Source: an uncultured Candidatus Saccharibacteria bacterium | GTDB taxonomy: Bacteria > Patescibacteriota > Minisyncoccia > Phycocordibacterales > CAZPGN01 | Direction: 5' to 3' | Length of the DNA stretch: 64,000 nt | Assembly (NCBI GenBank): GCA_964586635.1 | Contig: CAZPGN010000002.1 | Span: 17,368-81,367 of the forward strand | Shown here: positions 20,006 to 29,253 of the stretch, piece by piece | Layout: each line of letters starts with the position of its first letter | Position numbering within the stretch: the first letter of the stretch is position 1 | The notes under the pieces: generated by a model | Databases searched by the model: none | The model's input: only the letters and a program-made list of their open reading frames with translations | Told to the model about the DNA's origin: nothing | Program-made: the position numbers and the translations under genes

Positions 20006-20692
20006 ATGAGCCACACCGTACATCCATACGCCCACAGACTCGGTATTCTTCGCGACTGGAAGTCGCGATGGTTCGGTGCGCGTCGCCAATATCATGATTA
20101 CCTGAAATCTGATGTGCTCTTGCGCGAATATCTCGAAAAGCGCCTTCGCGGATTTTATGTTGATGCTATCGAAATGGAACGGAACGAATCGAGCTATCGC
20201 ATTATTGTAAAAACAGCGCGCCCGGGAATGATTATCGGACGCCAAGGAGAAGGGATACAGAAATTGCGCACGGACATTGTAAAAACACTCCGCCGGATCC
20301 GTTTAGTAAACGAGCCGAAGGATATTAAAATCGAGATCGAAGAAGTCCGTTCTCCAGAAACGCATGCGGCAGTTGTTGCCGCCATGATCGCCGAGAGTCT
20401 CGAGAAGCGTTTGCCATTCCGCCGCGTAATGAAGCAGACGCTCGAGAAAGTAATGGCAAGTCGCGAGGTTCGGGGAGCGAAGATATCGCTTTCGGGGCGT
20501 TTGGGCGGTGCGGAAATGTCGCGCCACGAGTCGCTCTTGAAGGGCCAGTTGCCACTGCAGACGCTCCGTGCGGATATTGATTTTGCACGCGAGCGCGCAC
20601 ATATGGGATACGGAGACATCGGCATCAAGGTGTGGATATATAAAGGTGAGATATTTAGCGGCGCCAAGGATCGGTCGGAAGCTAATCGATAA
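20006..20692 (+). CDS. rpsC: 30S ribosomal protein S3
   Basis: MSHTVHP, RPGMIIG, SGRLGGAEM, PLQTLRADID; start reassigned to ATG 20006. Confidence 0.98.
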   Translation: MSHTVHPYAHRLGILRDWKSRWFGARRQYHDYLKSDVLLREYLEKRLRGFYVDAIEMERNESSYRIIVKTARPGMIIGRQGEGIQKLRTDIVKTLRRIRLVNEPKDIKIEIEEVRSPETHAAVVAAMIAESLEKRLPFRRVMKQTLEKVMASREVRGAKISLSGRLGGAEMSRHESLLKGQLPLQTLRADIDFARERAHMGYGDIGIKVWIYKGEIFSGAKDRSEANR

Positions 20693-20697
20693 TATCC

Positions 20698-21123
20698 ATG
20701 TTGTTTCCGAAAAAAGTAAAACATCGAAAATGGCAAGTTGGCCGCCGCCATGTTAATCGTCGTGGTATCGCGAGTCGTGGCACAACACTTGCTTTCGGGT
20801 CACATGGCTTGAAAGCAGATGGTGCGGCGCGAATTACCGCAAATCAGATAGAGTCCGGACGAAAGGTTATTTCGCGCGGCATAAAAAAGGTCGGCAAGAT
20901 GTGGACACGCGTTTTTCCCGACCGCCCGCTTACAAAGAAGGCGGCGGAGGTTGGTATGGGCAAGGGAAAGGGCGATCCGTATGGTTTTTGCTTTGAGGTT
21001 CAGCCGGGACGGATCATTTATGAGATTGACGGTCTTTCGCAAACGGAATCAGCCTTACTCTTGCGTAAAGCAGGCGCCAAGTTCCCAATGAAGACCCGCG
21101 TTGTTAATCGCAACGAGGCGTAA
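20698..21123 (+). CDS. rplP: 50S ribosomal protein L16
   Basis: RVFPDRP, MGKGKG. Confidence 0.98.
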   Translation: MLFPKKVKHRKWQVGRRHVNRRGIASRGTTLAFGSHGLKADGAARITANQIESGRKVISRGIKKVGKMWTRVFPDRPLTKKAAEVGMGKGKGDPYGFCFEVQPGRIIYEIDGLSQTESALLLRKAGAKFPMKTRVVNRNEA

Positions 21124-21130
21124 TAAATAA

Positions 21131-21322
21131 ATGGCTATGACTGCAAAAGAATTACGCGCAAAGAGCGATATAGATTTGACAAAGCTTCTTTTGGAGCGGC
21201 GGAAACAGCTCGGCTCATTTCGTTTTGCAGTTGCAGGCGGTAAAACTAAAAATGTGCGCGAAGGTCGCATGGTTCGCCGACAGATCGCGGCAATCCTCAC
21301 CGTCATGGGTGAGCGAAAATAA
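21131..21322 (+). CDS. rpmC: 50S ribosomal protein L29
   Basis: AKELR..RRQIAAILT; synteny. Confidence 0.93.
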   Translation: MAMTAKELRAKSDIDLTKLLLERRKQLGSFRFAVAGGKTKNVREGRMVRRQIAAILTVMGERK

Positions 21323-21325
21323 AAC

Positions 21326-21562
21326 ATGAACGAAAAACAGCATAAACAATTACAGGGCACGGTTGTCTCTCGTTCGGGAGACAAGACCGTTGTCGTTCTT
21401 GTAAAGCGCTTCATGCGTCATCCGCGATACGAGAAGTTCATCACGCGGTCAAAGAAATACAAGGCGCATGATGCGGACAATTCAGTGATGGTTGGCGAAA
21501 CGGTAATGATCGAATCGACACGGCCGATCTCCAAAGATAAACATTTCAAGGTCATTCGGTAA
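21326..21562 (+). CDS. rpsQ: 30S ribosomal protein S17
   Basis: DKTVVV, HPRYEK, RPISKDK. Confidence 0.97.
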   Translation: MNEKQHKQLQGTVVSRSGDKTVVVLVKRFMRHPRYEKFITRSKKYKAHDADNSVMVGETVMIESTRPISKDKHFKVIR

Positions 21563-21571
21563 CGCACGCAT

Positions 21572-21940
21572 ATGTTGCAACCACAGTCCATCGTAAAAAT
21601 AGCGGACAATACCGGCGCCAAAATCGGGCGAGTTTTCAAAGTGCTTGGCGGCACGCGGAGGCGTTATGCGCGCATCGGGGATATTGTAGTGCTCTCTGTG
21701 CAAGTTTCTGAACCGCGCAAGCAGGTGAAAAAGAAAGCCGTGATGAAGGCGGTTGTTGTGCGCCAGAGGCAACCGTTTCGCCGCAAGGATGGATCACATA
21801 TCCGCTTCGATGAGAATGCGGTGGTGCTTATCGACAACAAGAAGGAACCGGTCGGCAACCGCGTATTTGGCCCTATACCGCGCGAGATCGCCGAAGGAGG
21901 TTTCCAAAAGGTCGCTTCACTCGCTCCCGAAGTGGTGTAA
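21572..21940 (+). CDS. rplN: 50S ribosomal protein L14
   Basis: ADNTGAK, RFDENAVV, SLAPEV. Confidence 0.98.
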   Translation: MLQPQSIVKIADNTGAKIGRVFKVLGGTRRRYARIGDIVVLSVQVSEPRKQVKKKAVMKAVVVRQRQPFRRKDGSHIRFDENAVVLIDNKKEPVGNRVFGPIPREIAEGGFQKVASLAPEVV

Positions 21941-21955
21941 TTTTTACATACAACC

Positions 21956-22261
21956 ATGAAAGTCAAAAAAGGCGACAGCATTATCATCGTTGCGGGGAAA
22001 GATTCCGGTAAACGCGGAAAGGTTCTTCGCGCGATTCCTTCGCGGGACGCCGTTATCATTGAAGATGCTAATCTCCGCAAGCGGAGACAGCGACCGCGTC
22101 GCGCGGGGCAGAAAGGTCAAGTGCTCACGATACCTACTCCAATGCGGACGGCAAATGTCGCGCTTTGGTGCGAGAAATGCAAGAAAGGCGTTCGTGTCGG
22201 ACATCGAATAATAGACGGAAAGAAAGCGCGCGTATGCAAAAAGTGCGGCACAAAGCTCTAA
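21956..22261 (+). CDS. rplX: 50S ribosomal protein L24
   Basis: KKGD..AGKDSGKRGKV (KOW). Confidence 0.97.
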   Translation: MKVKKGDSIIIVAGKDSGKRGKVLRAIPSRDAVIIEDANLRKRRQRPRRAGQKGQVLTIPTPMRTANVALWCEKCKKGVRVGHRIIDGKKARVCKKCGTKL

Positions 22262-22271
22262 TTCTCTGATT

Positions 22272-22820
22272 ATGCGAACAATTATTGATAAATACAAAAC
22301 TGCTTTGCCCGAGATCATGAAAGCTGTAGGAACGAAGAATGTTCACGGGGCTCCGCGCATTATGAAAGTCGTTGTCAGTTCAGGAACGGGCCGAACGCGA
22401 GACAAGGCGCGCAACGAGCTCGTATCTGACCGTCTTGCGAAAATCACTGGACAGCATCCATCTCCACGACCTGCGAAGAAATCCATCGCAACATTTAAAC
22501 TGCGCGAAGGCGAGATCATTGGTCATATGGTAACGCTCCGCGGCGAACGGATGCGATCATTCCTCGACAAGATGATCAATGTTGCGATACCTCGGATGCG
22601 CGATTTTCGTGGCATTGATCCGAAATCCATCGATGCGCTCGGCAATGTGACCATCGGATTCAAAGAGCACACTGTTTTTCCAGAGACAGCCGACGAAGAC
22701 CTGAAGGATATTTTCGGTCTGTCGGTTACTATCGAAACGACAGCGAAAAACAAAAAAGATGCCGAAACGCTTCTGCGCGCCATCGGTGTTCCATTCAAAA
22801 AAGAGCGCGCGAAGCAGTGA
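22272..22820 (+). CDS. rplE: 50S ribosomal protein L5
   Basis: ITGQHP, FKLREG, PRMRDFRG. Confidence 0.98.
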   Translation: MRTIIDKYKTALPEIMKAVGTKNVHGAPRIMKVVVSSGTGRTRDKARNELVSDRLAKITGQHPSPRPAKKSIATFKLREGEIIGHMVTLRGERMRSFLDKMINVAIPRMRDFRGIDPKSIDALGNVTIGFKEHTVFPETADEDLKDIFGLSVTIETTAKNKKDAETLLRAIGVPFKKERAKQ

Positions 22821-22822
22821 AC

Positions 22823-22917
22823 TGGACTTTTCTCTCATAATTTGCTACACTGCAAAAGTGAGTGAAAGAGCTCACGAAATGTCCCAGCAAAAACCTCGGC
22901 ACCGCCGAGGTTTTTGC
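22823..22917 (+). ncRNA. Candidate ~60-nt small RNA unit (promoter, hairpin, terminator)
   Basis: TGGACT-17-TACACT, GTGAG/CTCAC hairpin, then GCAAAAACCTCGGC-ACC-GCCGAGGTTTTTGC. Confidence 0.35.
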
Positions 22918-22996
22918 GTTCCGATTCTACTAAATTGAATTTGCCTGCGAACTCGCTCGAACTATGCGCATCGCGGATTCTATACTATACTTTGTG

Positions 22997-23082
22997 CGTG
23001 TGTATTCGCGTGGCCGGCGGTGGCACTCACATAGGACATTTTGTATGGGGCTCGCTCACCGACGGCCACGCGAATACGGACG
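22997..23082 (+). ncRNA. Candidate rod-like hairpin RNA
   Basis: Perfect 15-bp stem at 23002-23016/23063-23077 with inner stems; TATACT just upstream. Confidence 0.35.
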
Positions 23083-23304
23083 AGGGTTGTGTGTAAAAAT
23101 ATTTCAAAGAAATTTTTATTCGCACGACACAGCAACTTTTTTTGCGAACTTATCCACATATTTTATTTTGAACGGATTGTATTTTTTTGTCATGTCACAG
23201 ATAATTAACACGGAAGCAATAACCGAGAGGTCGAAGTTGTTGCTCGCACAACAGTATTGATAACATTATCCGTGCATCCGCATAGATAATACGATTTAAA
23301 AAAA

Positions 23305-23433
23305 ATGCCAGCAAAAAGAAAAGCGCGGAAGTCTACCCGTAAGGCGGCTCCAAAAAAGCGCAAGACGGCAAAGCGAAAGGCGGCGCCGAAGAAGCGTTCC
23401 ACGAAGCGCCGCAAATCTGCGAAGCGCAAGTAG
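23305..23433 (+). CDS. 42-aa Lys/Arg/Ala-rich histone H1-like/protamine-like protein (absent from the ORF track)
   Basis: MPAKRKARKSTRKAAPKKRKTAKRKAAPKKRSTKRRKSAKRK; A-rich leader and its own terminator. Confidence 0.8.
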   Translation: MPAKRKARKSTRKAAPKKRKTAKRKAAPKKRSTKRRKSAKRK

Positions 23434-23453
23434 TACACCATCATCACTTCTGC

Positions 23454-23483
23454 CTAAAAAATCCCCTCACGGGGATTTTTTAG
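23454..23483. terminator. Intrinsic terminator
   Basis: CTAAAAAATCCCC-TCAC-GGGGATTTTTTAG. Confidence 0.8.
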
Positions 23484-23536
23484 TGCGCGAGTCGTCGCTG
23501 GAAAATGAGTCGTCGTGTATGATACCATGAGGAACC

Positions 23537-26020
23537 ATGAGCATATTTTCTAGGATATTTGGCAATCACTCTTCGCGCGTCATTGCGCAGTACGACGATG
23601 TCGTCGCGCATATCAATGCAGAAGAAGGGGTGTTGCGCGAACTTTCTGACAGCGAGCTAACCCAAAAGACAGATGGATTTCGTGCCCGTTTGGCAAAAGG
23701 CGAATCTGTCGATAATACGCTGGCCGAGGCTTTCGCGGTCGTGCGCGAGGCGGCGCGGCGCACGCTCGGCCAGCGTCATTATGATGTGCAACTTGTAGGC
23801 GGGATAGTATTGCATCGCGGCGCCATTTCGGAAATGCATACTGGAGAGGGCAAAACTCTCGTTGCGACCCTGCCCGCATACCTTAATGCGCTCTCTGGAA
23901 AAGGCGTTCATGTCGTTACCGTGAATGATTATCTTGCACGGCGTGATGGCGTATGGATGGGGCAGATATACGCGCTACTCGGACTTTCTGTTGCGGTTAT
24001 AAATCACGACTCGTCATATCGGTACGATGCGGGTCATACAGAAGCGGATGCGGCGCGCGACGAATCTGGGTCGTACAAGATATTTTACGAATTTCTCAAG
24101 CCATGTTCGCGCAAGGAGGCATATGCGGCGGACATTACCTACGGCACCAATAATGAATTCGGTTTTGATTACTTGCGCGATAATCTTGCGCACGATCCAT
24201 CACTGCTGGTTCAGCGCGAATACCACTATGCGATCGTTGACGAAATTGATTCCGTCTTGATCGATGAGGCACGAACGCCGCTTATCATTTCCGCGCCAGT
24301 GGCGCAATCAGACAGTCTATACTCGACCTTTGCGTCAATCGCGCGATCGTTCACGCGCGATGTTCACTATACCGTTGATGAAAAACGCCGTGAGATCGCT
24401 ATGACGGAGTCTGGTATCGAGCAAGCGGAAAAATCTCTAGGCGTTGAAAATATATACACGGAAAAAGGCATTCGCTTCGTACACCATCTCGAGACTGCAG
24501 TGCGGGCAGAGGCGCTCTATCTGCTTGATCGGGATTATGTCGTGCAGGACGGAGAAGTTATAATTGTTGACCAGTTTACCGGCCGATTACAACCGGGGCG
24601 GCGTTGGTCAGAAGGTTTGCATCAAGCGATTGAAGCGAAGGAAGGCGTGAAAGTGCGGGAAGAATCGCGAACATTTGCGACCATCTCGCTCCAGAATTAT
24701 TTCCGTCAATATGCGAAACTCTCTGGCATGACGGGCACGGCGTCTACCTCGGCGGAGGAGTTTCGTCGCGTGTATGGTCTCGATGTCATCACCATACCGA
24801 CAAACAAACCGGTTGTTCGCGAGGACCGCCCCGATGTTATTTTTCAGACGGAGCAAGGTAAGTGGCAGGCGCTCGTGCGAACCATCAAAGAATTGCAAGC
24901 AAAGGGTCAGCCGGTGCTTGTGGGCACTGTTTCAGTTGAAAAGAGTGAGCACCTCGCTTCTATGCTCTCGCGAGAGGGCGTGGAACATGCCGTGTTGAAC
25001 GCAAAGAAGCACGAACAAGAAGGCGCGGTTATTGCAGATGCGGGGCGCATTGGCGCAGTAACCATCGCCACGAATATGGCCGGGCGAGGTGTTGACATTA
25101 AACTTGGCGGCGCGCTCGCCGACACGAGCACGTACGAACGCGTGAAAGCGCTCGGTGGGCTTTTTGTCATTGGCACCGAACGGCATGACGCGCGCCGCAT
25201 CGACAACCAATTGCGCGGACGAAGCGGCCGTCAGGGAGATCCGGGGGAAACCCGGTTTTTCCTGTCTCTCGAGGATTCGTTGATGCGTATCTTTGCATCC
25301 GATACCGTTAAGAAATTGATGGGGACTTTCGGAATCCCAGAAGACGAGGCGATCGAGAGCCGTCTTGTTTCGCGGTCAATCGAGGCGGCACAAACAAAAG
25401 TTGAAGGGTTCAACTTTGATGGCAGACGCTATCTTCTGGAATATGACGATGTTATGAATACCCAGCGTCGGTCTATCTATGGCCGTCGCCGCAGAGCGCT
25501 CAATGGCAATCATGCGGATCTCGAAGAGCTATTTGCTGAAATTATAGAACACGAGAATGAAATGAGTTCATTCGCGATAACAGCTGAAAAGAAGCGAACA
25601 GAACTTGGCGAAGAAGTGTTTTGGGCAATGTTTCGGCGATTATACATGCAGGTGATAGATATGTTGTGGGTCGAGCATCTTGAGGCGATGGAGCATCTAC
25701 GAGGAAGTGTGCGCCTGCGCGCCTACGGCCAGCGTGATCCGCTTGTGGAGTATAAGCGCGACGCACTCCGTATGTTCAAGGCAATGGAAAGAATGCTTTT
25801 TTCGAGTCTTGCGGAGTATATTCCCCGTCTTGCACCCGAGGGTATTCGCGAAGAAACCCCCGCGGGACTCAAAGAAGTCCATGAAGCCGCGAAATCGATT
25901 GGAGACGCGCCACGCGCGGCCGAAACGCATATTGTCTCGCCGTCTCGTACAGTTGCCGGCCGGAATGACCCATGCCCATGCGGCTCTGGCAAAAAGTTTA
26001 AGAAGTGCCATGGAAAGTAA
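23537..26020 (+). CDS. secA: Preprotein translocase ATPase SecA
   Basis: TGEGKTL, VTVNDYLARRD, DEARTPLIIS, QLRGRSGRQGDPG, SEC-C motif CPCGSGKKFKKCH. Confidence 0.99.
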   Translation: MSIFSRIFGNHSSRVIAQYDDVVAHINAEEGVLRELSDSELTQKTDGFRARLAKGESVDNTLAEAFAVVREAARRTLGQRHYDVQLVGGIVLHRGAISEMHTGEGKTLVATLPAYLNALSGKGVHVVTVNDYLARRDGVWMGQIYALLGLSVAVINHDSSYRYDAGHTEADAARDESGSYKIFYEFLKPCSRKEAYAADITYGTNNEFGFDYLRDNLAHDPSLLVQREYHYAIVDEIDSVLIDEARTPLIISAPVAQSDSLYSTFASIARSFTRDVHYTVDEKRREIAMTESGIEQAEKSLGVENIYTEKGIRFVHHLETAVRAEALYLLDRDYVVQDGEVIIVDQFTGRLQPGRRWSEGLHQAIEAKEGVKVREESRTFATISLQNYFRQYAKLSGMTGTASTSAEEFRRVYGLDVITIPTNKPVVREDRPDVIFQTEQGKWQALVRTIKELQAKGQPVLVGTVSVEKSEHLASMLSREGVEHAVLNAKKHEQEGAVIADAGRIGAVTIATNMAGRGVDIKLGGALADTSTYERVKALGGLFVIGTERHDARRIDNQLRGRSGRQGDPGETRFFLSLEDSLMRIFASDTVKKLMGTFGIPEDEAIESRLVSRSIEAAQTKVEGFNFDGRRYLLEYDDVMNTQRRSIYGRRRRALNGNHADLEELFAEIIEHENEMSSFAITAEKKRTELGEEVFWAMFRRLYMQVIDMLWVEHLEAMEHLRGSVRLRAYGQRDPLVEYKRDALRMFKAMERMLFSSLAEYIPRLAPEGIREETPAGLKEVHEAAKSIGDAPRAAETHIVSPSRTVAGRNDPCPCGSGKKFKKCHGK

Positions 26021-26021
26021 T

Positions 26022-26549
26022 ATGCGCCAGAAACAAAAAACAAATAATTACGCGTTTATAGATAGCCAGAATCTTAATCTTGCTATTCGTGATTTAGGTT
26101 GGCGACTTGATTTTGTTCGTTTTCGTGTGTACCTTGCCGAGAAGTACTCTGTTACAAAAGCTTTTTTGTTCATAGGATATATCGAAGGTAATAGTGATCT
26201 TTATAAGATATTACAGGAAGCTGGTTTCATTTGTATATTCAAACCGACACTCAAATATCGTGACGGAAAAACAAAAGGAAATTGTGATGCGGAATTGGTT
26301 CTACAGGCCATGATTGAATTTCCAAATTTTGATAAAGCAGTAATCATTACTGGGGACGGTGATTTTCAATGTCTAGTGAAATATTTTATAGAACAGGATA
26401 AATTGAAGTCCGTTTTAATTCCTAATAGAGATAAATTCTCGGCGTTACTGAAGTTTAGAGTGTTCCGCCCATTTCTGCGTTTTATGAATGACCTAGAAGG
26501 ACTATTGGCCTATATAAAGAAAAGGCCCCATGAGGACGAAACCTCATAG
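26022..26549 (+). CDS. NYN-domain (LabA/DUF88, PIN-like fold) putative ribonuclease, 175 aa
   Basis: AFIDSQN, KGNCDAEL, ITGDGDF acidic motifs; ATG 1 nt after the secA stop; visibly AT-richer than its neighbours. Confidence 0.88.
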   Translation: MRQKQKTNNYAFIDSQNLNLAIRDLGWRLDFVRFRVYLAEKYSVTKAFLFIGYIEGNSDLYKILQEAGFICIFKPTLKYRDGKTKGNCDAELVLQAMIEFPNFDKAVIITGDGDFQCLVKYFIEQDKLKSVLIPNRDKFSALLKFRVFRPFLRFMNDLEGLLAYIKKRPHEDETS

Positions 26550-26571
26550 GGTGATCTTCTCCGTTGGTGAT
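26515..26571 (-). ncRNA. Candidate antisense hairpin sRNA overlapping the NYN gene 3' end
   Basis: Minus-strand promoter TTGACT(26605-26600)-16-TAATAT(26583-26578); 10-bp stem CCCTATGAGG/CCTCATGGGG followed by a U-rich tail. Confidence 0.55.
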
Positions 26572-26849
26572 GCATAAATATTAGCAAAAGAGAATGATAA
26601 GTCAAGATAGTGTATGCATCCACCACATATGGCACTCCGCCACTGATAATGCCGCCATCATACACTGGAAGGGCGACCTCTGTCCCAACGCATGGTGCGG
26701 CCGTTCTCCGTTGTGCCACAGAAGCCAGTCAACCGGCTTGCTACTTTTGCGCCCGCTGGTATGCTATACAATGTATACATACAGCTTGATTATCACCACG
26801 ATAAATACGCGGCGGTAATGGTCAATCTTACCGCGCACCCATGCGGTCT

Positions 26850-27911
26850 ATGGATATACAGAATTTCAAGAAAGAGTTCGATTCTCATCTCGAATCGTTT
26901 CTTGCGCAGAAGATCGCGCAATTCAAGAACTACACCAAGGACCCATTCATCCTTGAGACCATCGCTTACCCGCTTGTTCTTATTCGTGCCGGCGGCAAGC
27001 GTATCCGGCCCTATCTGGCCTATCTTGCGTATAAAAACGCCGGAGGGAGGGACGATGAAGGGGCGATGAGGCTTTTTGCCGCGCTTGAGATATTCCATCT
27101 CTTTGCTCTAGTGCATGACGACATTATTGATCGTAGCGCCGAGCGACATGGCATCTTGACGACGCATAAATTCGTCGTGGCGCGACTTAAAAAAGAAGCG
27201 AGGTCTGGCGACCACGGACATATTGCCAATTCAATCGCCATATTAGTCGGTGACCTTTTGTTCGCCTGGTCAGTAGAACTCTTGACACGCGCCAAGGATT
27301 TCGGCAAGGACGAACTCGATCGAGCTCTTGCGCATTATTACCGAATGACTGACCAAGTTCTCACGGGTCAGCTAATAGATGTAGATACCACGACGCGCCG
27401 TCGCGCGTCCGAGGGGCTTATCGAAGAAAAGATGTTTCTCAAATCGGCTAGTTACAGTTTCGTGAGTCCCCTAAAGATAGGTACGGCGCTTGCCGGCGGT
27501 ACTGCTGAAATGGAAAAATTTTGTGACGAGTTTGGCCGCGCGCTCGGGCTTGCGTTCCAGATACAGGATGACCTGCACGACCTGACACTGCCGCCGAAAG
27601 ATCAGCATACACCATCATTCACAGACCTGCGCGAACATCAACATACGCTCTTCACCCAATATATCTTTGAAAACGGAAAACCTACCCAGAAAGAGCAACT
27701 TGATAAATTGCTCGGTTCACCTGTCAGCGAATCGGACAGGGGAAAGGTACTTCTATTGTTCACTGACTCTGGCGCTATCGAATATGGCACCAGGACGATG
27801 GAAAAGTATTTCAAGAAGTCCGAAAAACTGCTCGAGAAGTCGCCTATTGACGATGGTGTACGAGAAAAATTCACAGCACTCATCAATTTTATCCGCGCGC
27901 GCACAAGCTAG
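26850..27911 (+). CDS. Polyprenyl diphosphate synthase (IspA/GGPPS family)
   Basis: GGKRIRP, LVHDDIID, GQLID, AFQIQDDLHD. Confidence 0.93.
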   Translation: MDIQNFKKEFDSHLESFLAQKIAQFKNYTKDPFILETIAYPLVLIRAGGKRIRPYLAYLAYKNAGGRDDEGAMRLFAALEIFHLFALVHDDIIDRSAERHGILTTHKFVVARLKKEARSGDHGHIANSIAILVGDLLFAWSVELLTRAKDFGKDELDRALAHYYRMTDQVLTGQLIDVDTTTRRRASEGLIEEKMFLKSASYSFVSPLKIGTALAGGTAEMEKFCDEFGRALGLAFQIQDDLHDLTLPPKDQHTPSFTDLREHQHTLFTQYIFENGKPTQKEQLDKLLGSPVSESDRGKVLLLFTDSGAIEYGTRTMEKYFKKSEKLLEKSPIDDGVREKFTALINFIRARTS

Positions 27912-27994
27912 CGCCGCAGGGACATTATTTGCCGAACGCCCCTCCGCGAGTATAATGTCGGATATTATTCGTTGTGTAACCCAGAAAGAACTGT

Positions 27995-28582
27995 ATGAAT
28001 GAACAGCGCAAACTACTGATCGTATTCGTTATAGGCATATTGCTCGGATTTGGCGGCGGAAGACTTCTACCCATCTCAGGTGATGCTTCGCTTACGCCTC
28101 GATATGGTGAAGGTGCCACTTCAGCGGAAGACAATATAGCCGAGCAATCGATTGCCGTTACTACAGACAATCCGAATCTCACCGCCACCGCAGAGCCGAT
28201 TATTTCCTCCCAACCAGCCGCAATTTCCGCCACGACTCCCGCGGCGGCAGTTGTTGCAAAGCTGACCGATCTTTCTGTCGAAACGCTTGACCAACCCGCC
28301 GGATCTCTAGTAATCGTAAAACGCGCCAGTCTTGCTCGCCCTGGATGGGTGGTAATACATGAGGACCGCGCAGGCATTCCTGGAAATGTTTTAGGGGCGG
28401 CGCTTTTTGATCGCGGCGCTAGCATGGGGACGGTAGAACTTTTGCGGGCAACGGTATCAGGGGGCTTGTATTACGCCATGCTACACGATGACGATGGGGA
28501 CCATCTTTTTGAGCTGAAGCAAGACCTTCCGCTTCGCGCGACTGATGGCGCTTCTATCTCGTCTGCATTTCGGGCTCTCTAG
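27995..28582 (+). CDS. Membrane-anchored extracytoplasmic hypothetical protein
   Basis: N-terminal TM, A/T/P-rich linker, beta-rich domain GWVVIH..AMLHDDDGD. Confidence 0.7.
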   Translation: MNEQRKLLIVFVIGILLGFGGGRLLPISGDASLTPRYGEGATSAEDNIAEQSIAVTTDNPNLTATAEPIISSQPAAISATTPAAAVVAKLTDLSVETLDQPAGSLVIVKRASLARPGWVVIHEDRAGIPGNVLGAALFDRGASMGTVELLRATVSGGLYYAMLHDDDGDHLFELKQDLPLRATDGASISSAFRAL

Positions 28583-28609
28583 CGGCGAGTATGATATACT
28601 TCAGGTAGC

Positions 28610-29158
28610 ATGAAAGCGTTCCGCCTGCTTGGGTTTGCGCTTGCTGTTTCTATTATCATCTATGCGGGCTATCAGCGTTTTGTCGATTGGCAGATACGGA
28701 AAGAAAACCCATATACTTTTATGGAAATCACGAGTCCTTCATTCGCGCACAACGGAATAATTCCCGAGAAATTCACCTGTGATGGAGAGGATGTAAATCC
28801 CGAATTACGCATCAATAATGTTCCCGCAGGCACAAAGAGTCTTGCGCTTATAGTGGATGACAGAGATGCGATCGGAGGTTGGGTGCATTGGACAGTTTGG
28901 AATATCGATCCGTCGATAGTCAGTATTGAGCCAAATTCTGTTCCGGCGGGCGCGCGCACGGGTGAGACGAGTTTCGGCAAGACTGGATATGGAGGGCCAT
29001 GCCCCCATTCGGGCATACATCGATATCATTTTCGTCTCTATGCGCTCGATCGTCAGTTAGAGCTCCCAGCAGGCTCCTCGATCGGGCAATTACAGAGCGC
29101 CATAGGGACGCCGATCGCCGAGTCCGTGATTGTCGGGAAGTATGGCCGCGCAAAGTAG
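28610..29158 (+). CDS. YbhB/YbcL (PEBP) family protein
   Basis: FTCDGEDVNP, WVHWTVWNI, GYGGPCP..HRYHFRLYALD. Confidence 0.93.
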   Translation: MKAFRLLGFALAVSIIIYAGYQRFVDWQIRKENPYTFMEITSPSFAHNGIIPEKFTCDGEDVNPELRINNVPAGTKSLALIVDDRDAIGGWVHWTVWNIDPSIVSIEPNSVPAGARTGETSFGKTGYGGPCPHSGIHRYHFRLYALDRQLELPAGSSIGQLQSAIGTPIAESVIVGKYGRAK

Positions 29159-29253
29159 AGTATTCCAGCGCGGCGGCAATTGCATTTCTACCGGAAGGTT
29201 TGGCGGTCGCGTCTCGGCGAGGTCGGTACACTGTTCGTTGTGCGTTTGAATGT

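Noticed and set aside
22997-23082. SRP (4.5S) RNA
   Set aside because: Lacks the GNRA-capped helix 8 with its conserved internal loop.
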